This document shows, in pieces, positions 40,940-62,427 of a stretch of DNA of 64,000 bases. Position numbers and translations under genes: made by a program. Position 1 is the first letter of the stretch. Every line of letters begins with the position of its first letter. The notes beneath the pieces were generated by a model. The model had not been told where the DNA came from. It searched no databases and worked only from the letters and a program-made list of their open reading frames with translations. The DNA is from Sphaerodactylus townsendi (Eukaryota). The stretch spans positions 88,722,001 through 88,786,000 of the forward strand of contig NC_059434.1 of assembly GCF_021028975.2 (NCBI RefSeq), in the 5' to 3' direction.

Positions 40940-41060
40940 CCGCTGTAGTCACCGGCAACTGCCCCGGCGGGCCGCCAGGCGAGCGAGCCAATAGGAGCCC
41001 GGGCAGGAGTCACGTGAGGCGAGAAGGCGGGCCCTTCGGTCCGGAGGCATGCAATTCCGG
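40940..41060 (-). promoter_or_regulatory. CCDC142 CpG-island promoter; probable non-coding first exon ends at ~40836
   Basis: CCAAT at ~40989, GTCACGTG E-box at ~41009, ETS-like TTCCGG; gtgagc donor at 40835 and ttccag acceptor at ~40446. Confidence 0.6.
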
Positions 41061-44000
41061 CAGAGGCCGCCAAGCGGCGCGGGTGGGGGAGCGGGGTCCC
41101 TGCCGGCAGAAAGCCAGCGGCTCAGGCGCGCTCTCTGCCCCGTGCCGAAGTTGCCTGCTGCCGCGTCCTGCGCGGTGGGGAGGGGCCGAGCAGCCCCCCC
41201 CCCCGGACCCTTCGTTTTTCGTAAACAACTAAATTCGGGCCCAGGAGCCCCCGGGAGGCCAGGAAGGCTTTCGGGGCAAAAGCCAGCCGAGCGGAGCGGC
41301 TTGAGGGTTATCTCACCTCCCCCCCCCAGCCCTTCCTCTGCAGCCCCCCCCCTTTTGCGAAAGAAGCCCCGGAGGCATCCCGAGCTTGCCTCGCCCTTCC
41401 TCCCCCTGGTTTTGACCTTTCGGTCCTGGGCCCCTCAGATAATGTTGTTTTAACTAGAGAGCCCAGATTCTCTTTTAAAATCCACCTTAAATGCAGCCTC
41501 TGGGCTCCCTGGTTTCAACAACATTGAAAGAGATGCTGTTGGGTGGGTGGGGGGGGGGGGGGTTTCCACCCTGGAACAGCATAGTTTTCAGTGCTGTTTA
41601 AACTAGGGAGTCCAGATTCTCCTTTCAAATCCCCCTTAAAGGGAGAATCTACCCCAAAAGGAGGCATCAGGAGTTTGGCCCACCTCGAGCACACCACTCT
41701 TCCCCTCCCTACAGTCTGGCCACAGCGAGTAACTGGGAAGGTGGTGGCCGAAGGCCGAAGAAGGGCCCCTAATGCCTTCCCCCTTGCTGGGCAGGCCAGC
41801 CTCGCCTGCCTCTGGCTCCACCGGCCTAATCCTCAGCATCGGCTCCTAATCCCCGGCAGTCATGCCGGAAGGCAGGGGCGGAGGCTGTGTGCGCGAGGCC
41901 CGCAACAGAGGCACGAAGGGCGGCTGGCAGGACCCCTTCCCCTGTCGCTCTGAGAGCCCAGCAGTCAGTCCGCTAGGGTCTCTCCTCCCGTGCGTGTTCC
42001 TCGCATTCTTGCTTTGCTCCCCTGGCGGTTCATTTGCAGCCCACCCTGCCCAGAATTTCTGCTCTCTCCTCCCCAGCACGTGGCTCCTCCTGCACCTGAG
42101 CGCAGGTCTCCCCTGCCTGCCTGCCTGCCTGGTCCTTCTTGTCTGTGGGGACCTTTTCTTCTCTGCTGCCTCCAGGCCTCCTGGGACTTCTTCTCCCCCA
42201 GCCAAAGCCCCACAGTTCCTCTTGTTGCCTGGCACCCCGTCAGCACCCCTGGAAACCCTCCCCCCTCCCTTTGCAGGAGCTGCATTGGGATGCCTTCTTC
42301 CACTCCCTGAACTAGAAGTATCAGCATACAATGTTCCGCTGTCAGACCTCCCCAGCCTTCCAGGATCAAAGTATTTGTTACCACAAAATGTAATACAGCA
42401 CAAGCAACGCAACAGATAATCACCACTGGACATGCGGATTCATCACCCTCCCACCCCCCTTATCTTTGAGAATAACTGAATTTGTACAAGATGGCCGTAT
42501 TTGAACCATGGTTCCCACCACCGCTTGCTCCCTGTGGATCAGCAGCCTTTGTGGGGCGAAAGGGAAGCTCAGAAGGGCGTAATGGAGCCCCCAGGCCTCA
42601 GGCTCTCAGCCCCACAGATCCCCCCTCCCACTTGTTATTCTGTTGCTCCAGAGCTGACCTGGCCCAAGGGCACCCACCCACCAGTTCAGTGCTGCACATC
42701 CATACGGAAAGCCCTGCTGGGTCAGACCGAGGCTCATCAAGTCCAGACGACTAAACTGGAGTCCTGCTTTGAGCCTGGGGGGTCTGTTCTGTTTTTCCCA
42801 CAGGGAGCCGGTGGGTGATGCGCACCAGACTGGAATGTCTGCCCCAGGAGGGGCCTTTTGCAGCCGCACAGGGGAGAGGGGAGCCCAGCTGGACCTGGGG
42901 GCTGCTGCTGGCCCTGGTGGGTTTGCCTAACTCCTGGGTGTATCTGTGCATCCGTGGAGCTCCCGGGGTGCCGCCACTCGGCCTCCAACCAGCTGTCTTC
43001 AAATTGCCTAGACCCCAAACAAGGGCCACTTGGAAGCAAATCCAGAGACCTGCCTGCCTGCCTGCTCAGGCTGCAGATTCACAAGGGCCATGGAGTGCTG
43101 GCCCCCACCCCTGCAACCCTGTACGGTTCACGCAGTTATTGCCCAGTGCTGATACTCCATACCCCCGTCCCGTGGAAGCACATGCAGTGTTCCAGCCCCT
43201 CAGCACAAGAAGGCCAAGTGAATGGCCAAAGAGACTCCCCGGGGGGGGGGGGGGCTGCTGCTCCTGAGCCTCGCCTCTGGAGTCAGGGGCCTCTCTTGTG
43301 GGCAGCCGCGCCAGGCCCCAGCTGAGCAGGAGGCCCCACTCCAGCCCTTACCTCCAGAGGCGGCGGCGTTTTGTGGCTCTGGGTCACAGCATCCTCCTCC
43401 ATGGCAGCCACGGTGACTCCCAGCCGCAGTTGCACTGACAAGGACACCAGCGGATTGGCTTCCCTGGCAGTGGCCTTAATCTGGTCTGGGCAGCAGGGTG
43501 CTCATTGGCTTAGGGTGTCAGGCCACTCCGGGGTGGGGGAGGGGAGATGCCTCCAGGCCCTCCCCTTTCCCAGGACAGTCCTTCAGCCGAAGGAGCACTC
43601 CCAGAGGGGTCCTCTCCCGCACAATAACTCCAGTCCCAAGGGGAATAATGCTTCAGTCCCGTCAGGGGAGCACCAGCCAAGGGGACCCCTAGGGAAACAG
43701 GGAGAAGTGGGCAGGCAGAGGTGGGACTGAGCCAGGCAAAGTGCTCCTGGCCAGCTCAGAGAGGATTCAACACCCCCCCCCCCAAAATAAATCCTACCCA
43801 GCCTGTGTTCTTTCTGGGGTTGGGAAAGATCTTATGCCAAGAGTGAAGGAGGTGCCAACCAGGTATGCTGGTACCACCAGGCTGCTACTTTCTGGTTTTA
43901 TTTATGACGTTTGGCTGTTTTATGTTGCGTTGTTCTTTTAGCCACTCAGGAGCTGCCTGCAGCCTTGTGTTGTTTTAATGTAGAACATTTCTTGTCCCTG

Positions 44001-44789
44001 TGTTGTTGTTTTTATATGAGGATTGACACTGGCCTGCAGGGAGCTGAGAATGAGCTGCTCTTGATCTATAATGGTAAAGAAATTCCTTCTGCCCCAGGGC
44101 AGCAGTCTAGCTGAATCTGAGTACTTCTAAAGCCCTCAGCGGCCCATGCCGGCAGAGAAATGGGGCGGCAGAGAATGGGCCAGGTAGGAGGATGTCTGGT
44201 GTCTTTTTAGTGTTTCCTTCTGCCCCCCCCCCAACTGAAAATAGCAAGCAGAGTTCTCTCTTCCCAGTTTATCCACACAACAACTATGCAAGGTAGGCTG
44301 CACAGAAAAACAGCGACTTACTGGTCCAGTTCCCTCACTGAGCTGATTTATTTTATGTTATTAACTGCATTTGTGGTCCACGTTCTCAGTGGGACTCAGG
44401 ATCGGCTGCCAAATATAAAAAGCAACTCTTAACTGCATGTAAAATATTTAAACAATTCAACAAAACATCTAAACACACAAGATTTTCAGGCAGAGACTAA
44501 CTAGATGGTCACCTGACAGCAATCATCAGAGGAAGGCGGGCCAGTTCTCGGCTCTTGCGGCTCTTTCTTGCACGCGGGGTGTGTGTGTGTGTGGCGGGGG
44601 GGGGCCTCCAGTGTGTGTGTCCAGTGGCGGGGTCCTCCAGTGGAACCCGGGCCAAGTGTCATTTTCTTTCAGGTTTTTTGCCTTCCTGGGTGGGGGGGGG
44701 GGGGTAGCGCCCTGACTCCCAGCACGGAGAGAAGCAGCCCTCGCCAGCCCGACCTGAACGCCCCGCCCACAGGGGGCAGCCACCCGCCC

Positions 44790-44850
44790 GCTGCCCACAA
44801 CTAAGATGGCGCGCAAGGCTTCCGCGACCAAGGCGACTTCCGGCAGGCGC
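44790..44850 (+). promoter_or_regulatory. TTC31 promoter (YY1 and ETS motifs)
   Basis: AAGATGGCG at 44803 and ACTTCCGG at ~44836 in a CpG island. Confidence 0.65.
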
Positions 44851-44917
44851 GCAGGATGTGCGTCACCGCGCTCGGAGAGCTTTGCGGAAGTCTACGAGGG
44901 CGGCGGCGAGCCCATCC

Positions 44918-52979
<8,062 letters not shown>

Positions 52980-53679
52980 GCTGAGCGGCCCTTAGTTGGG
53001 TTTCCTGGGACAAAGACACTGGTGGCCAGGGCAGCCCCTTTGGGGTTGCCTTCATGGAGACACCGGGGGGGCCCTCCTGACTGGGGCCACTTGCCGAAGT
53101 CACGGCCTCCAAGCCCACCCTCTCAGCAGATGGTTTTCTTATCTGGTTCCCCCGCATAAACTGCTGGAGGAGGATTGGCTGAATTCAGCTTCCTGTAAGG
53201 GGTATGTTCCAGGCTGCGCTGCAGAGAGGTGGGAAGGGGTCTCTGTGTGGGTCTCTCTTTGTGGGTGGGGACTGGGGTGGCTCACGGGTCCCACCCCCGG
53301 GAAACTACGTACCTGCAGCCCCTTTGCTGCTGCAACTGCTGACGGCCAAGTGAGGTGTCCTTCTGCGGGCCAGTCAGCTGCCCCCCCCCCCTGCAGCATT
53401 GGGGTGGGGGTGGGGCTCCTGGCCCTGCTGGGACAGAGGGAAATTGGAGCAGGTTGTGTGCAGCGGGTGATGTCACAGGACTTGGCCCAATCCTGGCCCT
53501 GCAGCAGAATTTCACATGGATGCAAGACTCAGTCGGGAGCAGAGCCCTCTTGCCTGCTTGGCCCGTCGGTCGGGGATGGCTGCTTCTGGCTTCGCCTTAA
53601 ACTGTTTGCAATAAAGTCTTGAAAAATCTGCATTGACGTGTGCCCTCTTCTGCCCTGCTGCCCACATGCTCTAAACTGC

Positions 53680-54210
53680 TGCCACTGTGGAAAAGTTATT
53701 TCTTATGTCAAGCTAGCACTTTGCCCAGAATTTAAACCTATTATTGTGTGTCCTCTCCTGTGCTGCCAATAGGAGCAGCTCCTTGCCCTCCTCTAAGTGA
53801 CAGCCCTTCAAATACTTCAAGAGAGCAACCTCCTCTTCCCCAGACTGGACGTTCCCAGACCCGCCCCCCCCAAGTCTTCCCCTGCAGAGGGGCCCTGGTC
53901 ATCCTCCTCGCTCTCCTCTGCTCCACTCTGTTCTGGCCATGTCCTTTTTGAAGTGAGGCCTCCAGAACTGCGCACAGGACTCCAGGCGCGGCCTGACCAA
54001 TGCAGTGAGCGGGGGACTCAGACATTTTGCGATCTGGACGTTACGTCTCTGTTGATTCACCCCAAGATCCCATTAGCCTTTTTTTGTCCTCTGCAGCACG
54101 CTGGCTGATCATATGTCGTGTTCTTGTCCACCCGTACCCCTAGATCTTGTTCACATAGTATTATGCAGATACAGAACTCCAAGCTATTGTTGAATTGAAT
54201 CTTGTTCACA
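53680..54210 (-). mobile_element. Old CR1 fragment
   Basis: Antisense CR1 ORF2 C-terminal region (QRRARRM..., YCAQFWRPHFKKD-like). Confidence 0.65.
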
Positions 54211-54569
54211 ACTACCTACTTTTCTAAAAAAGAAAAGAAAGAGAAATTAAACCAACCCTGACTGGAAAGAAGAAAACAATTTAGTCAACCTTGGAACATG
54301 TCGCCTTCATGGTGTGCTCGCATCTTTTAGAAGGGGATTGCGTGCAGTAAGGGTGGGCCTGAGTTCAGTCTTGTGCGACACGTGTTACCTGTTCAAAGAT
54401 TCCCCAGCTAGTTGGGCATCATACTCTGCTATAACAGGAAACAAACCATTTCCCTAGAACTTTTGGTGGTTGGAGAATCTTACATATCTTTACAGTCACT
54501 GATTTTGGCAATGTCAAGTAATTCATGGAAGGAACAATAAACCTGCAAGTCACTAAAAATCTGCAATGT

Positions 54570-55692
54570 GAGATTCAATGGCCTCCCTGTGCAGTCTCAT
54601 AGTATCCTTATGAATTGTCCAGAATTTCAGTGCTTTCAAATAAAATGTTATGTCCAGTTTTGTTTAAGACATGTTCTGCTACTGCAGATTTTTCAGGATG
54701 GTTAAGCCGACTGTCTTTCGTGCTCCATAATACGAGTCTGAATGCTGCGTTTTGTGGTTCCTATGTAGTCCTTTCCACAGCTGCAGGGTATGCAATAGAC
54801 TCCTTCAGAAGTGAGTGGGTCTCTCTTGTCCTTTGCTGAGTGTAGCATCTGCTGTATTTTCTTGGTAGGTTTGAAGATGGTTTGTAGGTAATGCTTTTTC
54901 ATCAGTTTCCTTATTTGATCTGTGATTCCCTTGATGTATGGTAGAAATATTTTCCCCATGGTGGGCTGTTTCTCCTCAGTCCTTTGGGTTTCTCTTGGTC
55001 TTCAAGCTCGTCTGATTTCTGTTGTGAAGTAGCCATTAGCCTGTAGAGCCCAGTCTAGGTGATTTCATCAGGGAGGAGGTGAGGTTCACGAATTCATTTT
55101 GCACAATCTGTCAGAGTTTTGATTATACCACTTTTCTGTTGTGGATGGTGGTTGGAGTTTTTATGTAGATGTAGGTCTACGTGGGTTGGTTTTCTGTATA
55201 CTGTGTGGCCCAGTTGATTGTTGGGTCTGCGAAAGAGACTCTGAGAATTAACAAAGCTTGGCTACCAGTACTTAAAAACACCAGAAGCAAAGGTCAAGGG
55301 CCTGCTAAGTTCATGGACCATGGACTCCATGCAAACACAGGATTTGCATTCACCAATGCTGCTGGTGGTGGTGCAGGGAATGCAAATGTGAATTACTCCC
55401 TGGACTGAAAAACCCCACCTGCAATACTGTACTATCAACCACACCTTTGCATAGCAAGTTCCACCCAAACACTTACTGACTGGTTCCCCACCCAGGGACA
55501 TGACAATTTATACCCCACAAAAACATTCCCTTCTCACTGGACACAGTGTGTAACAGACTTTCCCCTGTGATACACCTCTGAAGATGCCAGCCACAGATGC
55601 AGGTGAAATGTCAGGAACGAGATCCACCAGACCACGGCCACACACCCTGGAAAACCCACCACAACCAGTTGAATACGGCCGTGAAAGCCTTC
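54570..55692. mobile_element. Penelope-like retroelement (GIY-YIG) with 5' inversion and hammerhead-bearing 3' pseudo-LTR
   Basis: Minus strand 54570-55228: FLPYIKG..GVYCIPCSCGKDYIGTTKRSIQTRIMEH. Plus strand from ~55230: KETLRINKAWLPVLKN, then CTGAAGA..GAAATGTC at 55578-55612. Confidence 0.88.
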
Positions 55693-55969
55693 AACCACCA
55701 CAACCAATTTACCTTTTAAGTTTTGCCCTTTTGAAGCAGGGTGTCAGCCACTTCTCTGCCACTCTTTCACCCGACCCTTTGTCTGGGAGTGATGAAGGAC
55801 TGGGAAATTGGGGGCAGTTCTTTTAAGGTTACTTCCCCCCCGCCCCCGTTTAGGCTTGATTACACCTTGAACCTACTTATCTGTCTTTTTGGCAGCCTGA
55901 CACTCTCTTCCAACAGCACATTTCAAGAGAATCTGCTTTCTTCCTGTTAGTTTTCACACCCTTTCATAG

Positions 55970-56224
55970 TACCCTGTTTCCCTGAAAATAAGGCATCCCC
56001 TGAAAATAAGACATAGTAGAGGTTTTGCTGAAGTGCTAAATATAAAGCATCCCTCGAAAGTAAGACGTAGCAAAGTTTTTGTTTGGAAGCACGCCCATCG
56101 AACAGAACACCAGAGCATGCAGCTGTGGAGCGAAAAAAAAGACATCCCCTGAAAATAAGACATAGCGCATCTTTGGGAGCAAAAATTAATATAAGACACT
56201 GTCTTATTTTCGGGGAAACACAGT
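55970..56224. mobile_element. Tc1/mariner (Tigger/pogo-like) MITE
   Basis: TIRs taccctgtttccctgaaaataag / cttattttcggggaaacacagta; internal repeats of cctgaaaataagac. Confidence 0.75.
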
Positions 56225-56479
56225 AATAGACAATACTATGGCATTAATAATAACAATAATATAATTGTGAAAATTGTTAGATTTCTAACCCACTCTATCC
56301 CAACTAGTTGGGCTCAGGATGGTTTACAACATAATTCAAATGCACAACAATTTAAATGATCAGAATTTCCAATATTAAAAGCTCTAGGTGGCGCCAAAAC
56401 ATATTCAGAACCAGTGACGGGAATATAGGAAGAAGGTAAAGCATCTACACTCAGTATGAAAGGGAATAAGAAGAGACTC

Positions 56480-56579
56480 AGTGGTGGGATTCAGCCGGTT
56501 CACGCCACTTTGGCAGAACCAGTTATTAAAATGGTGCTTGTATACAACCAGTTGTTAAATTATTTGAATCCTACCACTG
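56480..56579. mobile_element. Short hAT MITE
   Basis: TIRs cagtggtgggattca / tgaatcctaccactg. Confidence 0.7.
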
Positions 56580-56649
56580 AGTAGACTTTTAATACTTAAA
56601 ACAGAAAAACAGAAAAAGAATGGGGGGGGGGGGGGGCAGACCAAACAGA

Positions 56650-56989
56650 CAGAACCTGCCGCAGTCCTCAGCCATGGGCTTGGAGGAACAACTCCACTGT
56701 AGCCGATCTCCCAGGACGCTGGTCTCACCAGATGGAGCATTCCACGAAGCCAGAGCCAAAAGAGCTCTAGCTCTGGCTGAGGACAACAGCTGGATGACTT
56801 TGGGGCCGGGTACCAGCAGCAAGTTATTTCCAGATGAGCCTAATGCTCCTTGGGCGCATATCAGGAGAGGTGGTCTCACAGATATGACACTCCAGATCGT
56901 TGAGGGCTGTAGAGGTCAATTCCAGAACCTTGAATCTGATCTGGTGCTCCACCTGGAGCCAGTGCAGCTGGCGGAGGACCAGTTGGATA
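56650..56989 (-). mobile_element. L2 fragment split by the copia insertion (continues at 62428-62530)
   Basis: Antisense L2 3' ORF (PVLRQLHWLQVEHQIRFKVL); sequence resumes collinearly after the 3' LTR. Confidence 0.75.
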
Positions 56990-59900
56990 TGTTGGAAGTG
57001 AAGGACTTTGTTACGCTGTTTCCTGCCTCACCCTACAGAGGGGGTTTTTTTTTTACTAGAGAGCTAGTGGCTAGATAGGGACCTAGGGATTTGACACCTT
57101 TACTCTATCATGCTGGTTCTATCCCTTTGATGTTGGGGACTGATACCCTTGTGACTTCCTTCCCTTCCCGCTTCTTCCTCACCTTCCTCACCACTTCTTC
57201 CTACCATGCCTAGAGAGAGGATGGATGCTCCTCTATCATCATCTCCATCCAGCTAGGATTAAGATAGCATAGTGACTCTATTCACCTACCTTTCTATCCA
57301 GAATGGAGTCTCACTAATAAATACTCTTTTATTAGATCAGAAAACTATAACTGACTCCTCAATTTCTTTTGTGTAAGCTTACGCGACATTGGGATTCATC
57401 ACGACACGCGACGACACGAGTGCAGGTAAGGGCTTCTGCTGTGTTCTAGCCACCCGCGTCAGCTTCTGCTAATCTACTTATAAAGAGGATAATCTCCAAC
57501 TACCAGGGAGCTCTTTATCCTAACAGGTTAATGGGCCCAGCATTCAACAGGTTAATGGGCCCAGGACATTCAACAAGTTATTGTGCCAATGGCTGTTTAG
57601 CCCATATTTTCTTTTACTTTGGCAGGATTGAGATCCCAACCTTTGTTTTTTACCTGTGCTGAAAGAGCTTGGCACTGGACGGAGTTAAGTTTCTGCTAGT
57701 TTTTTCCCAAAGGCTTAGAGGAGTGCAGTTCCTAGGGATTTTTTTTTGACAAACTCTTTCTTTTTTGTAATTGGCTTAACGAATTTGAGCCATTGACTAC
57801 AAAGATACCTCCTCTTCTCGATGGACTTAATTTCCTCTGATGATTTTGACGGAAGACTCGAAAGCCAGAGTGGCGAAGAGATTGGCGCTACTTCTTCTGA
57901 TCGCAATCTCATTCACGTTTCTTTGGACGCAACACTCCTTACTGTAAATGCTGCAACCGAGGCAGCAAAAAACGGCTTGGAAGAGAAATCAAACTCTCGC
58001 CTGTGCTTTATCATCTCAACCGGTGAGTTCAGCCCCGCTTTCACACATATAATTGATATAGGACTTCTTTCTCAAAGAGATGCTGGACATTTTAGCCAGA
58101 CTGTACAATCGGGGAGGTTGGTCTAATGTCCATAGTTTTAAAGCTTAGACTATATTTACTTAAGGTACCAAGAAGGGACACCTTTCATGAATCACCTGCA
58201 AAAAACTTCAGTAATGTTTCACTGCTCTTAAAAAAATGAACGCCAGGAAATGTCTGATCTAGATACAGTCTGCATTATTTCTAACCTCTACTCAGGAGAC
58301 TTTTGCACCTCTGCTGCCAATTTGGAACAGAGGGAAGGTTTAAAATTTCCTCAAGCTGGGTAGAAGAGATCAAAATGTATATTTCTTGTCAGGATGTAAT
58401 GGCTGGAAGAGTATAGGAAAAGTCAGCCCTCCTTAGTCTTTGGAACATAATGCCTTTAAGGCATCCTTCCATTCCAAAACAAAAGGGCAGACCTTTAGAA
58501 ATGCAAATGACCAGAGAGATGGCTATGGAGGAAGGGGAGCTCAACCCTTTAGGAGGAAGGGGGGGCCCAACCCGATGGGAGAGATCAACGTTGACCACCA
58601 GAGCCAGGGAAAGTTCCTTTGATGTGCAATTTGGCCACAGCACAAAATACCTATAGGCTATGCGGTCCCAAATCTAGGATTCACCTTCTAACAAAGAGAT
58701 CATTTGTTACAAATGCCAACAGCCAGGTCATTGAAAGCTGAATCGCTGTTTCAACAACAGCCAGGCCACCAGGGGAGACTCTTCAACTAAAAAAGATTCC
58801 CTAAGCAAGGACAATCTGGAGCAAGCTTTTTAAGAATCGCAATTTTACACCGTGCACATAAAAGGTGACAAAAATGACTGTTTAATTGATAGTGGTGCCT
58901 CATGCAAATGTCCCCAACAGATTAGACCTGTTTGTAGACCTGAGTAAAATCTCAGAACAAAGAATTTACAATAGAGAAATGATAATGCATGTTCTCTCAT
59001 CATCAGTATTCAGGGACTGCAGAGATCCCTTTGTATATTGCCTTGATAATGAAGTTAATTCAGCACTTTACTACATTGAAAATGCATATTATGCATCAGA
59101 GATGACCTACCCTTTGCTGTCATTAGCTGAAAAAATGAAAAGCAGAATTTTGAATTGAATTTTAAAATGGGAAATGTTATGTTACAAAAGGAAGAGGAAT
59201 TGTGTCTCATTGCATCTCAAATGAATCGGACTAAAATTACCATGCTAATCAATTGCCTGATGTTCCTAAGGAATGCAGAACAAAAATAAACTTTGAACTT
59301 GAAAAAAATGCATCGATGATTTTCAAAACCAATTTTAGCAAAAAAAGCTTCCGTAAACCACAAAAAAATTGCTTGAGCATATGGTATCAACGCCTTCTAG
59401 GGCCACTGTGCACATGATACAATCCTGAAAAAATGCATAAAGAAGGTTTGACTAAAAGATATTGTTTCTGAAAACTGTGAAACTAACTTTTCTTGTGATT
59501 CTTGTTCACAAGCTAAAGCTGTGAACACATCTTATCCCAAATAGGAGTGAGAGAAAATGAAGCAACCTCTCTGATCCAGTGCACTCTGACATAGGTGGGC
59601 CTAGTTCCTGAAACGCATTGGAAAATTTCATTATCTGTCTGACATTTGTTCATGATTATTCTAGATATGTAACCACATTTCTTTTGAAAGAAAGATCTGA
59701 GACCTTTGGGATGGGTTTAAAGATTCTATGTTTAGAATGGCGCAGAACAAGTTCCAGCTTAAAATATCTAAGTCCTATTTAAAGCGGATGGTGCTGGAGA
59801 ATTACATCCAGAGCTATGCAGGACTTCATGAAATCTGAAGGAATTCAACACCAGACCACGGGTTCCATATTGCCCAGTCAAAAAATGGCACTTCAGAAAG

Positions 59901-62427
59901 AGCTAATCCTAAGTCTACTTAACAAGGTAAGGTGCATGTTCATTAATGGACATCTCCCTCAGCACTTCTGGGGAGAAGGAATCATGACAGCAACATATTA
60001 CACACAATAGGTTGTACACTCTGAGCCACAGGGTCTAACACCTTTTTGAACTTCGGCAAGGTTACAAGCCATCAATGGTAATAATCTAAGAGTCTTTGGA
60101 TGCACAGTTTATGTATATGTTTGCAAAAGAAAACGAAGAGTAAGTTTTGAACCAAGGAAGCCAAGCAAGCAATCTTCCTTTGAGTTATTCTGTTCAATCA
60201 AAAGCTTATCTCCGCTTGATGAACCTCTGGATACATTACGAGGATCATGATCAGCAGATCTTGTTTACTTTGAGGAAAATGAAAGTGCCATGTCTCCAGA
60301 GGGGGGGGCAATACAATGACCAGACCAAGCCCGCATGACTGTATTGATGTATCCTGTTGCTTAAACGAGCACAGAGAGATGATGCTGCAGGATTTAGATG
60401 ACAAACCAAGATGTATTTGATGAACCAGAAGAAATCTAGTAGATGTAGATGCTAATCCAGAGTACCTACCAATACCAGCAGTAGTTGCAGAGGGGGAGAA
60501 ATCCCAAGAGATGAGGTGGAGACGCATCAGAATGCAATACAAACAAAGGAGTACCCACCTGTATGACTGGGACTTTCCTACCCTAAGACCAGCGTTAGAT
60601 GAACCGTAAACCAATGGAAAGACTCTGGATGAAATTTTTGATTCAATCCGTCTCAATCCTACTCACCATAAGAACTTTACTCAGCATAGCAGCTAGCAAG
60701 CAGGATGCAAGTTCAACAGGATAAAGATTGAATCCACATTTTGGAACAATGTGCTACTTCAAGCAGACTTTCAACAAAGTAAGGCTGACCAATGCCTCTT
60801 TATGTCAAGAAGAAATAGAATGGAAAATGGACTTATATTTTTTGCTTTTAATAAAGAATTGCTTTTAGTCTGTTTTGACTTAATTCAAGATGACTACAAA
60901 GGATTAATACAATATCTGAACAAACAAGTTGAAATTAAGCAACTAGGAAATGTTGCACACTACTTAGGAATTCAAATAGAGAGAGAGAAAGATGGGAGTT
61001 TCCCTTTGAATCGAAACAACAGAAGATTACGAAGACCTAATCAACTTACTGGATCTACCACTCTACGCATTGATCCAGCTCCTCCCATACCTATGGGCCA
61101 ATTATATCAAACAAGATGATCCCACTGAATTACTCCTCTCATGTAACACCAAATATAGAGAAGCTTTTAGGGAAAACTCTCTATACATAAGTACATTTGG
61201 GACTAACCAGACCAGATATAAAGCAATAGCGAGTTGGTCTGGTATTGTGCAGAAAGACTGCTTCACCAACAGTTAAGGACTGGAATGCACTGAAGACGGC
61301 TTTCTAGATATCTGAAAGGAACCGCGACATCTTAAACTGAAACTGCCAGCTACCAAAGATGCTACACTAATAGCTTATGCGTTGATGCAGATTGGGCCGA
61401 GACTCAACTGACCAGAGCATCTACCAATGGGCAGATTCATTTTCTTTGGCAATGGTCCTATTAGTTGGTCTAGTACCAAACAAGACATAACAGCAGCATC
61501 TACCACAGGAAGCAGAATATGTGTCTGCTGCTCCACGCTTGTCAATGACGAGTTGAGCAGTGGTTACATGCCAACTCCTAAAGGATCTTAGGTAGTAGAC
61601 ACACCACTTCCCATACCAGTGTATGAAGGATAACCAAAGTTGCATTAAGCTATCTAAACAAGAAGATGTGAAGAAGGCGCACTGCTAATACATTGATGTG
61701 AAGTACCTCACATAGTGAGAAGACTGCAAAGAATGGTTTCATTCAACTGATCTACTGCCACACCACTGAGATGCTTGCAGACCTTTTCACTCAAAACCCC
61801 ACCGGTGACCTGCTTTTGAGAAGTTTAGAAGCAAGATAAACCTGACTACCTTGAGTCAAGAAACATCGAGGAGGGGTATGCTGGAAGTGAAGGGACTTTG
61901 TTACGCTTGTTTCCTGCCTCACCCTAAGTACAGAGGGGGGGGGTTTTTTTACTAGGAGAGCCTAGTGGCTAGATAGGGACCTAGGGATTTGACACCCTTT
62001 ACTCTATCATGCTGGTTCTATCCCTTTGATGTTAGACTGATAATTACTAGTCAGGACTTCCTTCCTTCCTCCGGCTTCTTCCCTCTGACCCCTTCTCACC
62101 CACTCCTTCCCTGCCATGCCTAGAGAGAGGGGATGGATGCCTCTTCAGCATCCATCTCTCATCCAGCTAGATTAAGATAGCATAGTGACTCTATCTACCT
62201 ACCTTTCTATCCAGAATGGAGTTCACTAATAAATACTCTTTTTATTAGATAAGAAACTATAACTGACTCCGACTTCCTTTTGTGTAAGCTTGCCGCACAT
62301 TGGGATTCATCACGCACATCGCATTACTCCGCAGGTAAGGGCTTCTGCTGTGTTCTAGCCACCCGTGCCGCTCTGCTAACTACGATAAAGAGATAATCTC
62401 CAACTACCAGGAGCTCTTATCCCAACA
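56990..62427 (+). mobile_element. Full-length Ty1/copia LTR retrotransposon (frameshifted)
   Basis: LTRs 56990-57525 and 61879-62427 (TG...CA); 5-bp TSD GGATA; PBS GGTTAATGGGCCCAG; PPT GAGGAGGGG. Domain order gag zinc knuckle (CYKCQQPGH ~58704), protease (LIDSGA ~58883), integrase (HSDIGGP ~59580), RT, RNase H (DNQSCIKL). Confidence 0.95.

Noticed and set aside
42338-42450. Possible C/D box snoRNA on the - strand (GTGATGA...CTGA), or a Harbinger-like ACAVLH fragment
   Set aside because: No terminal stem, no host intron, no recognisable guide sequence; the protein motif is too short to support.
57700-61860. Treating copia frameshifts as programmed frameshifting or true pseudogenisation
   Set aside because: The density of 1-2-bp indels, also seen between the two LTRs, suggests unpolished sequence error; this cannot be resolved without reads.
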